Origin: Promethearchaeum syntrophicum
Lineage (GTDB): Archaea; Asgardarchaeota; Lokiarchaeia; Sigyniarchaeales; Promethearchaeaceae
Direction: 5' to 3'
Length of the DNA: 32,000 nt
Assembly: GCF_008000775.2 (NCBI RefSeq)
Contig: NZ_CP042905.2
Span: 2,820,001-2,852,000, forward strand
Below, one piece after another: positions 8,016-17,706 of the stretch. The notes beneath the pieces are model-generated. The model made no database searches. It was given only the letters and a program-made list of their open reading frames with translations, and was not told where the DNA came from. The stretch's first letter is position 1. The number at the start of each line of letters is the position of its first letter. Made by a program: the position numbers and the translations under genes.

Positions 8016-9650
8016 TTAGGATTTTGGATAAATTGGTTTCAAACCTGTTTGGAAATGGCGAAGACTAAGCTCTGCACCTCGTGCTATTCGTACTTTCGGA
8101 ATTTTCTCTTTATTCTTAAATAATTCTGAAATAGCCGCAACAGTATAATCGATATCTGACCTGCTATATGCATTTCTAGGTATCGCAAATCTTACTAAAT
8201 TAAGTATACTCTTTCGTTGTTCTTCACTTCTCTGGTCCCATTCAAAAGCAAAAGGACCGAGTTCACAAGCCCTAATTCCATAATGCTTTAATAATTCTAT
8301 TGTGAAACCAACTCCACCAAAATTTTTAGTTTTCATAGCTGTTCCAATAAAGAACTTATCCATATCAATATAAACTGCATGCCCTCCAGCGGGGAGAATG
8401 ACAGGAATATTATTTTCAGCTAGTCTTTTCGCAAAATATTGAGTTAATCCTATTCTGGACTTAAGATAGGATAATTTAACGACTTCTTGCAACCCTACGG
8501 CAAGTGCCATAATATCACGACCACTTAAACCGCCATATGAATCATTACCAATAGTTACTATCTGTCTTTCCTTAATTCTAATTCCAATATTTTTTCCATT
8601 AATTGAGTATTTTTTAACAAAAACACCATTATCTCGAAGAAAAAGCGCGCCTCCCATGTTTCCAAGACCGTCTTTTTTCAAACTAATAGTAAATCCATCA
8701 ACGTAGGAGAACATTTCTTTTATGATTTCACGAATGGATACATTCTTAAATTCTTCTTCAAATTTCTGAATAAAATAAGCATTTTCAGCAAACCGGCAAG
8801 CATCGAAAAAGTAAGGAATCCCATATTTTGTAGCAATTTCTTTAGCGGCCCGGATATTTGCCATAGATACAGGTTGACCTGCTATTGAATTATTTGTTAT
8901 AGTAATATATATAAGGGGAATACTATCTGGACCTTTTTGATTTATTATTTCTTCCAACTGCTTTATATCCATATTGCCTTTGAATGGATTTCGCAAATCC
9001 ATCTCTTTATATGGAAAGGGTTCGAGTACAACTGATTTATCAAATACATTAATAGGTTCTATATGAACTGCACGAATATTAGCCCCTGTTGTATCAAAAT
9101 GACCATTATTTGGAATATAATATTTACGATTCGGATTAATTTCATGCAGAACTTCGGCCAATGTTGAGAATAATAAATATTCAGAGACTCTTCCCTGAGG
9201 AACGATGAAAGTATTAGGGCGGGATAATTGATGAACTCCTCCATTTACAAATCCCCCTTCAGAGGAGGTTAAATATACTTCATTCATTAGCTTGTTTACA
9301 TTGTCTTCACCGGAAAGAATTAAATTTACTAATTTTTCTGGTTTATCCCCTCTTTCAAAAACATCGCGGAAAGCATCTAGTAATACATAGTACCCTTTAT
9401 TTCGCCCATAAGATTCATCTCCATGCAATAATGCAGCCCATTGGAGATCAGACATTGATGTAGATCCACTATCTGATAAATAGTCTAAGGTTAGGAGATC
9501 TGCTGGAAAGGAAAACATATTATACTCCGTTTCTATCAAAGCACGTTCTCTTTGATCTTCTCGAACATCTTTATAATTGCGAATTACATAAGCCTTATGA
9601 TCTGGAACTGGAACACCTAATTCATTCATTTTTTTCATATATATCATCAT
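8016..9650 (-). CDS. Beta-eliminating lyase, tryptophanase / tyrosine phenol-lyase family (PLP-dependent)
   Basis: 544 aa with NNGHFDTTGANI, ITNNSIAGQPVSMANIRA, FFDACRFAENAYFI and the PLP-lysine region TISLKKDGLGNMGGALF. Confidence 0.9.
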   Translation of the reverse strand: MMIYMKKMNELGVPVPDHKAYVIRNYKDVREDQRERALIETEYNMFSFPADLLTLDYLSDSGSTSMSDLQWAALLHGDESYGRNKGYYVLLDAFRDVFERGDKPEKLVNLILSGEDNVNKLMNEVYLTSSEGGFVNGGVHQLSRPNTFIVPQGRVSEYLLFSTLAEVLHEINPNRKYYIPNNGHFDTTGANIRAVHIEPINVFDKSVVLEPFPYKEMDLRNPFKGNMDIKQLEEIINQKGPDSIPLIYITITNNSIAGQPVSMANIRAAKEIATKYGIPYFFDACRFAENAYFIQKFEEEFKNVSIREIIKEMFSYVDGFTISLKKDGLGNMGGALFLRDNGVFVKKYSINGKNIGIRIKERQIVTIGNDSYGGLSGRDIMALAVGLQEVVKLSYLKSRIGLTQYFAKRLAENNIPVILPAGGHAVYIDMDKFFIGTAMKTKNFGGVGFTIELLKHYGIRACELGPFAFEWDQRSEEQRKSILNLVRFAIPRNAYSRSDIDYTVAAISELFKNKEKIPKVRIARGAELSLRHFQTGLKPIYPKS

Positions 9651-9748
9651 TTAATTATTACTACAAATTCCAAATAATTTTGATAATTAATACAACCTCG
9701 TCTATTATAAAAATTATTATAAAAATTAGAATCTAATAGTAACTGAGA

Positions 9749-11392
9749 ATGAATAATCTAACAATCACAATTATAATTAATCTTATGGTTTCATTGGTTT
9801 TTATACTATATTCTTTAATACTATATCAATCTCAAAGAAAAAAACAAGAAATTACCGCAGATATTTCAAAAAAAGAGAAGGAATTTCAAACTTTAGATGA
9901 TTACTTCAAAAAGATGGAAGTACTTGTAATTCGAAAAAAAATATCTATGATTGGTCCTCCGAAAAAAGCTCCTCCGATAAAAAAGGAGCGAAGTCCGCTA
10001 GTTATTCAAAAAGATGAGGAATTTATAATTAAAGATGGGGAAAATCTCTTAAATAATCTTGAAAAAGAGTTAAAGGATGCAATGCCAAGAAATGCAATCG
10101 AATATAAAAGAGACTTAAATACCCTATTAGAAGTTATTTCTAGTTTAGAATCTATGGATGCTTCTCATTATGGAGGTTTAACAGAAGAACCAGAAGACAT
10201 GGGGAAGGGAATGCTTTATGATTCAATATCCAGAAAATTAGATAAAATTATTAAAATATATAAATTTGATGAGTTATATTTCATTCAAGCAGAAAAATTG
10301 GAGAATTTCGCATTTAAACAAATAAAAAGATTAGAACATAAAGATTTTGAGAAAACACTTGAGATTATGAAAGAAATTGGAAAAATCAATCAAATTATTG
10401 AAATTGGGCCGCATATCAAGCTGCTAACATTTCATGAAAATCTAAAAGTAAATACTTCTGAAAAAGTTATAATTTCCCTTTATACAGAACATAATCTGTC
10501 AAAAATTGAAGATATTCAAAAAAGAACCTTGTGGAAACCTAGTTTTTTAAATGCTGTTTTACAAAAAATGCAGTCAAAAAAAATATTGGATTTAGATTTG
10601 CAGGAGCAAATAATTAGTATTAAGGGAATAATATCATCATCCGAACGTTTTGAAAGAAATCAAAAATTAGAGGAAATCATTAAAAATAAAATCAAAAAGG
10701 AAAAAGATAGTAAAAAACTCCTGGGTGATCAACAGCAACATAATATTACCTTAAATAGGAAAAAATCACGAATACAGCAAGAAGAATTAAAAGTTCAACA
10801 AACGGAATTACTAGCAGAAGCGAAAAAGGAAGCAAAAAAACTATCAAAAATTCATCGAAAAGAAGCAGAAAAACAATCAAAAATCGAAGATAAAGAAAGA
10901 AAAAAGATATTAATAAGCGAAAAAAGTGTTACTGAAGAGGGAGAAAAAACGAACGAAAATCAAAAATTGGTTAAAGAAATTGAAAAGATTTTCAAAAATA
11001 TTAGTAAAATTACAGGTGGAATTATTACTTTCTCTACCTTGCTTAAAATTCTTAAAAATGGGGCATTTCCTAAATTAAAAAAAAATGAATTGTTAAATTC
11101 TATTAAATTTCTGAAAGAGAAAGAGAGTATTATTGATGAATTATCATTTTCCGGAGTTAAAATTTATAGTTTTGGTGATGCCGTAATTGATGATGACATG
11201 AAACGACTAATAGAACAATTTGTTGAAGATGAAGAATTGAATGAGGAGGAAATAGGAGTTGTTATTGATGATTGGGGTAGTAAAAAGATAAAAAAGGTGA
11301 TTAAAAAATTCGAGGATCAAAACCTTATCAAAAAAGATAAGAAAAATCGCTATTACTTACCGGGGCTAATCAATGCAAAAAAAAAAAAATAA
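9749..11392 (+). CDS. Membrane-anchored coiled-coil protein with a possible C-terminal wHTH-like segment
   Basis: 547 aa with an N-terminal TM (LTITIIINLMVSLVFILYSLILY), a long K/E coiled coil, and C-terminal IKKVIKKFEDQNLIKKDKKNRYYLPGL. Confidence 0.6.
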   Translation: MNNLTITIIINLMVSLVFILYSLILYQSQRKKQEITADISKKEKEFQTLDDYFKKMEVLVIRKKISMIGPPKKAPPIKKERSPLVIQKDEEFIIKDGENLLNNLEKELKDAMPRNAIEYKRDLNTLLEVISSLESMDASHYGGLTEEPEDMGKGMLYDSISRKLDKIIKIYKFDELYFIQAEKLENFAFKQIKRLEHKDFEKTLEIMKEIGKINQIIEIGPHIKLLTFHENLKVNTSEKVIISLYTEHNLSKIEDIQKRTLWKPSFLNAVLQKMQSKKILDLDLQEQIISIKGIISSSERFERNQKLEEIIKNKIKKEKDSKKLLGDQQQHNITLNRKKSRIQQEELKVQQTELLAEAKKEAKKLSKIHRKEAEKQSKIEDKERKKILISEKSVTEEGEKTNENQKLVKEIEKIFKNISKITGGIITFSTLLKILKNGAFPKLKKNELLNSIKFLKEKESIIDELSFSGVKIYSFGDAVIDDDMKRLIEQFVEDEELNEEEIGVVIDDWGSKKIKKVIKKFEDQNLIKKDKKNRYYLPGLINAKKKK

Positions 11393-12053
11393 AAGCACTG
11401 CAAATCCTATTCCTCGAGATATTCTGATTTCTTTACTAAAACAATATTGGAGTAAAACATATATTCAAGATGCAACATTTTCTTTTTTACGCAACATTTC
11501 TAATGACTTCATAGAAGATATTGAAAAAAAATCAAGTTCCAAAAAAGATAAACTTCTAATCGAGATGATTAAAGTCTTAAAAGGAGAACAGAGTCATAAA
11601 GCGTTGGAAGCGTTAACAAATGCATTAATAAAGGTGGATAATTGGAAACCCAGTAAGGACCCAAATTCAAATACAGTTTTTGCTGAAGAGATTTTACTAT
11701 TAATAAAAGATTTAGATCAATCAGGAATTGATATTCTTCTTGACGCGCTAATAGATGATTCAGATTTTGACAATCGATTAACAAAAATTAATGAAAACCC
11801 CAATAATTCGGATAGATTATTACTTGAGCGTTCTCTCTCTAATAAAGATCTTCTAAACTCATTTAAAGTGTTAAAAAATAGAAGATTAAAAGAAGAAATT
11901 ATCAAAAATGGTTATTACGCTCTTGATAAAATTACGGAACGTTTAAAATTTTATCAAACTGGTAGAGTTTATGAAAAATTAATCACGATTTATAAATTAC
12001 TGGAGGAGAAATATTCAATTCAAAAAAAAACGGGGTTTAGAATTTTATTATAG
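11373..12053 (+). CDS. Hypothetical alpha-helical protein, overlaps the upstream gene by 20 nt
   Basis: 226-aa ORF, co-directional with and overlapping 9749..11392. Confidence 0.55.
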   Translation: MQKKKNKSTANPIPRDILISLLKQYWSKTYIQDATFSFLRNISNDFIEDIEKKSSSKKDKLLIEMIKVLKGEQSHKALEALTNALIKVDNWKPSKDPNSNTVFAEEILLLIKDLDQSGIDILLDALIDDSDFDNRLTKINENPNNSDRLLLERSLSNKDLLNSFKVLKNRRLKEEIIKNGYYALDKITERLKFYQTGRVYEKLITIYKLLEEKYSIQKKTGFRILL

Positions 12054-12108
12054 AAGATTGTTATTTCAATTTTAGAATAAAAATATAAAATAAAAAAAAT
12101 AAAAAGTA

Positions 12109-13164
12109 CTATTCTTTTATTCCTAAAACAAAATTTGCCAGATTTTTATGAGCATTTTCAATAGAAACTGTTCCTTTTGGAGGGTTTTTAAATCCGTAGG
12201 AAGATATTTCGTCAATGGCTCCTGAAGATCCTTGATGAAGTGCAATTTTGGTTGCTCGAATTACATCAGCCAAAATTGCTCCTCCATTTGGACCATCTTT
12301 AGTCTGAATTTTAAGATCTACTATAATTTCTGAACCCAAAAAACCATTACCAACTATCCATAGCATAGAATTTCTTGAATTTTTCATATGAGGAACATAA
12401 TCAGAAGTTCCTGCTACAATAGGCGCGTTTAGATTCAATGAGGATTTCACTGATTTACTTTTAATTTCGCGTTTAATTCCGCGAGATCGATGAATTGTAT
12501 TTAAAGATTCGGCACCCCCACCGACATCAAGAGCATAGCTTTCCTTTATTTCCACGCCTTGATCTAGCATTTGCTTTAGAATTCTTTTATGAACAATTGT
12601 TGCTCCAAATTGGTCTTGAAGATCATCACCTATTAAAGGTAAACCAGCATCATGGAATTTACGAGCATAATTTTTATCTACTGCAATTTTAGTAGGTGTT
12701 GCATTAATAAATGCACAACCTGCTTGAAGAGATTGTTCCGCATAGAATTTTACTGCTTCATCGGCACCCGAAGGTAATAAGCATAAAACAATTTCTGTTT
12801 CACTAAGTTTTAATTCATTTATAATATTAGCAGAACCTATTTCAGCAGGGGCAATAAGCTTACGGGTCTGATCTATTACTCCATCCAATATATTTCCCAT
12901 TTGGATTTTTACATCTAATATAGGCACTTTAGCTACAATTTCAAGATCATTTTCATTAATTGCTTCACTTAAATCTTTTCCAACTTTTTTTATCGATATA
13001 TCAAAAGCTGATACGATTTCAATATCAGAAATATGATAACCTGCAAATGTTGGATGAAGTAATCCAATATTATTACTGCGGGATTTATAATATTCAATTC
13101 CTTGAATAAGCGATGAAGCCGCATTTCCAACACCCACTATAGCGACTTTTATTTTTTCTGGCAT
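12109..13164 (-). CDS. ino1: myo-inositol-1-phosphate synthase (archaeal type)
   Basis: MPEKIKVAIVGVGNAASSLIQGIEYY (Rossmann), PTKIAVDKNYARKFHDAGLPLIGDDLQDQFGATIVHKRIL, VDIIVGNGFLGSEIIV-like core, DVIRATKIALHQGSSGAI. The start is set at 13164; the track ORF extends to 13344. Confidence 0.9.
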   Translation of the reverse strand: MPEKIKVAIVGVGNAASSLIQGIEYYKSRSNNIGLLHPTFAGYHISDIEIVSAFDISIKKVGKDLSEAINENDLEIVAKVPILDVKIQMGNILDGVIDQTRKLIAPAEIGSANIINELKLSETEIVLCLLPSGADEAVKFYAEQSLQAGCAFINATPTKIAVDKNYARKFHDAGLPLIGDDLQDQFGATIVHKRILKQMLDQGVEIKESYALDVGGGAESLNTIHRSRGIKREIKSKSVKSSLNLNAPIVAGTSDYVPHMKNSRNSMLWIVGNGFLGSEIIVDLKIQTKDGPNGGAILADVIRATKIALHQGSSGAIDEISSYGFKNPPKGTVSIENAHKNLANFVLGIKE

Positions 13165-13397
13165 AATTTTCACTTTATTTCGTTTTTTTATTCGAGCTAT
13201 TGTCATTCTACTGATTGAAAAGAATACCATTGTTTCATCATAGGTATGGGTTTCAAGATATCGGAGAACTTCATCGTCTCGAAATTTTTTAGCCACATTA
13301 TTTTTAAAAAGAGATAGAAAAAAAAGCTTATGTGTTACTGACAAAAAAAAAAGTTACTATTTCTTCATTAGCTGTTACAATTATCAACAAACCTTTT

Positions 13398-14342
13398 ATG
13401 CTTCAAATTAAAAAAAAAAATATGTCTAATGTGAAAAAAAAAACCCCCCATACCATAAAGACGAAAACTTCAAAGAAAACTTCTTCAAATACCAAAAATA
13501 TTAAGGGAAAAAAAACATCAAAAAAATCAACTAAGAAGAAATCAATCCAATCAAAAAAACCAGCGAAGAAAATGGAAAAATTTATCGAAAATAATCGGGA
13601 AACTTCGAAAAAATTAAAAAGTGAGACAATTTTAAACTCTCAAGTTCAAATTTCAAAAAAAACTCATAGGAAAACTAAAGGACCTAATACCGATAAACTT
13701 AAGACTGAAAATAGGGAAGACTTAGTTGCAAGGCATTTACTTAGATTATATCAATTTATCAAAGAAAATGATCCAATTAATGAACAAGAATTACTCGAAG
13801 AAATGGATAAAGGTACCCCCAACGAAGAATTAAGGCTCAAAATTACCCAATTAGAACTTGAAATTGAATCCATTTATGAAGAAAATCATGCTTTACGACA
13901 AAATGCACTTCAAACACAAATTGAAGCAGAAGATCAAATAGAATCTACTGAATTTGAAAATCGTGAATTAAAAGAAAAAGTGAGAGAGATCAATGATTAT
14001 GTCAAAGCAGAATTAGAAAAAAGAGCTAAAAGATTTGAAATTATAATTGAAGATTTACGAGCCAGATTGCGGGGGGCCTTAGAAAAAAATGAAAAAATTA
14101 CTGAAGTAAGTGAGAAAATTGAATATATGCAACAACAAGTAACTTCCCTTTTTGATCAAAATGACACATTAACGAACAAAAACAACAAATTGGAACAAAA
14201 ATTGGGAAATTTAAATGAAAAATTTGAAGATTCGCAACAAAATAACCTGAGATTGGAATCTAAGAATAAAGAACTCCATAAGAAGGTTGAACTTCAAAAA
14301 TTAGTTATAGATGGTTATAAACGAAAAGAAATGAAACATTAA
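13398..14342 (+). CDS. Coiled-coil protein with a basic N-terminal region
   Basis: Lys/Ser/Thr-rich N-terminus followed by a long E/K/L/N heptad region. Start chosen at an internal ATG; the track ORF begins at 13332. Confidence 0.55.
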   Translation: MLQIKKKNMSNVKKKTPHTIKTKTSKKTSSNTKNIKGKKTSKKSTKKKSIQSKKPAKKMEKFIENNRETSKKLKSETILNSQVQISKKTHRKTKGPNTDKLKTENREDLVARHLLRLYQFIKENDPINEQELLEEMDKGTPNEELRLKITQLELEIESIYEENHALRQNALQTQIEAEDQIESTEFENRELKEKVREINDYVKAELEKRAKRFEIIIEDLRARLRGALEKNEKITEVSEKIEYMQQQVTSLFDQNDTLTNKNNKLEQKLGNLNEKFEDSQQNNLRLESKNKELHKKVELQKLVIDGYKRKEMKH

Positions 14343-14357
14343 AAAATAAAATTCCCT

Positions 14358-14933
14358 CTAATCAAATTTTTTTTTCCATTCTTTTATCTTCTTAAGCAAA
14401 TCTAGAATGAATTCTTCTTTCTCCTTCTCCGAAAATTCAGAATCCGGCTTAATTTTTCGCTCAAATGATCCTAACTCAAATAAAATTTTATGCCCACCTG
14501 TCAAAACAAATAAATCTTCTTTGGCTTCTTTAATAACTTGACTTAATTCATGTAATGAAAGATTTTTTTTACTTATCTTCTCTTGACATAATTCTAAGAT
14601 TTGCTGTGGATTTTCAAAAGTTTTCTTGTTTGACATTGTTAATATGCCTTTTGAAGATAATTCTTCCAATTTGGAAGTCAGAATGTTTCCCATTGACTTT
14701 ACTTGTCCCATTTCAGCAAGAATTTCAGATTTAAACTTGTTTTCTTCTTGTAACTGATTTTTAAGGCTTTTAATGTTGATAATTTCTTTTTCAACCTTAT
14801 CAATTTTCTCAGTTAAGATATTTAATGTATGTTTCATTTCACCAATTGATTGGATCAATTCTAACCCAAATTTCTGCAGAATATTCCCAAAACTATCAAT
14901 TTTCTCTTCAAAAGTTTTTTGATTTTCTCCCAT
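14358..14933 (-). CDS. Coiled-coil protein
   Basis: 191 aa with heptad-like IDKVEKEIINIKSLKNQLQEENKFK; convergent with 13398..14342. Confidence 0.5.
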   Translation of the reverse strand: MGENQKTFEEKIDSFGNILQKFGLELIQSIGEMKHTLNILTEKIDKVEKEIINIKSLKNQLQEENKFKSEILAEMGQVKSMGNILTSKLEELSSKGILTMSNKKTFENPQQILELCQEKISKKNLSLHELSQVIKEAKEDLFVLTGGHKILFELGSFERKIKPDSEFSEKEKEEFILDLLKKIKEWKKKFD

Positions 14934-14998
14934 ATTTTCATCAATTCCCTACATGATAGAATTATTTTATTACCATTAAATCATTTTTAAAATTATTA

Positions 14999-15868
14999 AT
15001 GATCAAACATGTGAACATCCTAACCCTTGATGGTAAATCCCTTCTTTTTCGTGAATACGGCGCAACTAAAGTTGATCAAGATTTATTGGCAGGATTCATG
15101 AGTGCATTTAGTGGATTTATGAAAGAAATCTCCCGATCTGAAATAAAATCAACAGTTACAGGTAATTCAAAATTTATTTATAGCTTTACAGATCAGATAA
15201 TGATAGTAATTTGTACAGATATTAAAGATAATGAAGAGGAGATATATCCAATTCTTGAGACAATTTTCTCCCAATTTTTAGAAAAATACAGTGATCTCTT
15301 TAAAAATAATAAATGGGATGGTGAACGGACCATTTTCAAAGAATTCAAAGAGAATGTTGATAAAATCGTGTTAGGACCAATAAAAGTTTCAATTTTAGGA
15401 TACGGTGGTGTTGGAAAAACCACTTTAACCAAACTAATTATCGGGGAAGAAATAAATTTAGAATATGTACCAACAATTACTGCAGATATTGCTACTTTTG
15501 ATAAAATGGGAAAACGCAGTATTGTGTTATGGGATTTTGCGGGCCAAATCCAGTTTACCGATTTATGGGACTCACTTTTAAAAGAAACCAGAATAGTTTT
15601 GTTGGTAACAGATTCATCGTATAAAAACGTTCAAGATACCAAAAAAATCATGGAGAAATTTATTGAAAAGGATTCCAATATGTTAATAATTGGAATAGCA
15701 AATAAACAAGATTTACAAAACAAATTATCAACGAAATTCGTTGAAAAGATTTTGAATGTTCCAACGTTCGGCATGATCGCGATAAATCCGAACTATAGGA
15801 TAATGATTCACGAAATTTTGAACGAATTCATTGAGAAGATTAATAAAATTGATGGATTCATTGATTAA
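14999..15868 (+). CDS. Arf-like small GTPase with an N-terminal longin-like domain
   Basis: N-term IKHVNILTLDGKSLLFREYGATKVDQDLLAGFMSAFSGFMKEI..., then GYGGVGKTT (G1), WDFAGQ (G3), NKQD (G4). Confidence 0.85.
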   Translation: MIKHVNILTLDGKSLLFREYGATKVDQDLLAGFMSAFSGFMKEISRSEIKSTVTGNSKFIYSFTDQIMIVICTDIKDNEEEIYPILETIFSQFLEKYSDLFKNNKWDGERTIFKEFKENVDKIVLGPIKVSILGYGGVGKTTLTKLIIGEEINLEYVPTITADIATFDKMGKRSIVLWDFAGQIQFTDLWDSLLKETRIVLLVTDSSYKNVQDTKKIMEKFIEKDSNMLIIGIANKQDLQNKLSTKFVEKILNVPTFGMIAINPNYRIMIHEILNEFIEKINKIDGFID

Positions 15869-15898
15869 ACTTAGAATACACAACAATAGTGAATAAAT

Positions 15899-17653
15899 AT
15901 GAAAATTAACTCCCGAATCGAGCTTTTGAATTTAGAATCGAGGAATGGAAAAGAAAAAATTTCATTTCCACCCTTATCAGATGAAGAAATAGAGATTATA
16001 AACCCGATTGTTCCTCCAACCTCAGGAATTAGAATGAAAATTTATGAAAAACAAAATAGTACTTACATAATGACCAAAAGGGCACAATACATGTTTCTCC
16101 GCGTGTTTAAAGCTGTTAGTGAAATAAGTAAAGAAGAAATAAATAAAAAAAATCCAGGGGTTCTTTTAGTTTCTGATGATCGCCCCTCAGCAAATTATCT
16201 TATGGGATATTTTACCAAAATTTTATCTGCTGAAGGTTACCAGATTTACTATCAAAAACCTACAGGTTCAAAAGCAGAATCTGAAGCAAAAAATGCTCCG
16301 TTTTACAGTCGCATGAGTACACCTTATGGAAGTGCCAGTGTACTCTTATATGATGAAATCGACTTAGTAATTGTTCTTACAGCTAGTCATAATGATATTC
16401 TTTGGAATGGTGTTAAATTCTACATTGAACGACCAATGCCAATTAGCGGGAGAATAATGAAGAAAATTTCTAAGAAAGCTCTTGAATTAAGGGAAATTTC
16501 TATGGATTCTGAATTTTCAATAAAATCCATTGATGCAGATAAGAAAAATAATGATTATATAATGAATATTGTTCAAGATATTTTAGATCTCTCGATTTTA
16601 GAGGGCCGAAAAATTATTCTCTGGTCATATATGGGTACTGCACCCGAGATTCAAGCATTATTTAAGCATTTAGGTGTAAATATTATTCTTATTGATGAAC
16701 AAATGGAACCTCCCAATCCAACAGTAAATATCAACCATGAAAAGATTGAAAAATTAATGAAAGAAAAAGATGTAAAAATCGCAATTCTTCTTGATTCAGA
16801 TCGAGATAGACTTGTAATTATTCACCACAATAAAGGAACAGGAGAATTTAAAACGCTTTTACCTAATACACTCTATCCTGCAATGCACAATATTCTAATA
16901 AACAAATTCAATCAAAAAATTATAAATGTGAGAACAATTCCAAGTGATCCTAGAAGTGACAAATACTCAAAATTAAATTTTATTACCGGTGTTGGCTATA
17001 AACATTTAGGTATGGTTTTATATTCCGCGATGGGAAAAAAAATTGAGAGGGATAAATTCCAATCAAGCATCTTATACGTAGAAACGTCTCATGGTTATAA
17101 AAAAATTGAGTCGCCTGAAGATATACAGAAAATAATTCTAGATTCAGATATTACAGGAGATAATATTTTACTTGTGATGTGGGAAGAATCAGGAGGGCAT
17201 ACTATAAATATTCTTCAGATTGCCCAAAATGGCAAAAAAATTACAATTAACCCAAAATATCCGGCCATAGGCGATAAATATCCCGCTGAAGCAATTTTGA
17301 TTATCTCAACGCTTATTGAAATGGGATATGATTTATCTGAATATGTTGATCAGAAAATAACAGGGTCTCGTACAATGATATCCGGTGATGATAAGCGAAA
17401 AATGAAAATAGTTAATACTTTTGCAAAGATGAAAGATCAATCATTAACAATAAATAATAGGAGTTATAAAATCGGTACATTTGAAGAAGTGGAAGGAAAA
17501 ATATCAATTATTCATTTATGGAACGAAAACAGCAACATATATTTTAGACCTTCAGGTACTGGTCCAGGGGTTCGTATTTATTATTTCGGTTCAAAAACTA
17601 ATGCAGAAACTGAGCTATCAGAAGTAAAAGAGAAAATTGAAGATATGTTTTAA
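15899..17653 (+). CDS. Phosphohexomutase (phosphomannomutase/phosphoglucomutase superfamily), divergent
   Basis: 584 aa: TASHNDILWNGVKFY (catalytic Ser loop), DSDRDRL (metal loop), FRPSGTGPGVRIY (phosphate loop). Confidence 0.88.
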   Translation: MKINSRIELLNLESRNGKEKISFPPLSDEEIEIINPIVPPTSGIRMKIYEKQNSTYIMTKRAQYMFLRVFKAVSEISKEEINKKNPGVLLVSDDRPSANYLMGYFTKILSAEGYQIYYQKPTGSKAESEAKNAPFYSRMSTPYGSASVLLYDEIDLVIVLTASHNDILWNGVKFYIERPMPISGRIMKKISKKALELREISMDSEFSIKSIDADKKNNDYIMNIVQDILDLSILEGRKIILWSYMGTAPEIQALFKHLGVNIILIDEQMEPPNPTVNINHEKIEKLMKEKDVKIAILLDSDRDRLVIIHHNKGTGEFKTLLPNTLYPAMHNILINKFNQKIINVRTIPSDPRSDKYSKLNFITGVGYKHLGMVLYSAMGKKIERDKFQSSILYVETSHGYKKIESPEDIQKIILDSDITGDNILLVMWEESGGHTINILQIAQNGKKITINPKYPAIGDKYPAEAILIISTLIEMGYDLSEYVDQKITGSRTMISGDDKRKMKIVNTFAKMKDQSLTINNRSYKIGTFEEVEGKISIIHLWNENSNIYFRPSGTGPGVRIYYFGSKTNAETELSEVKEKIEDMF

Positions 17654-17706
17654 TTATAAAGTTTGAACGAGTTTTGAAATTTGCATATTGTTCAATTTAC
17701 CAGAAG

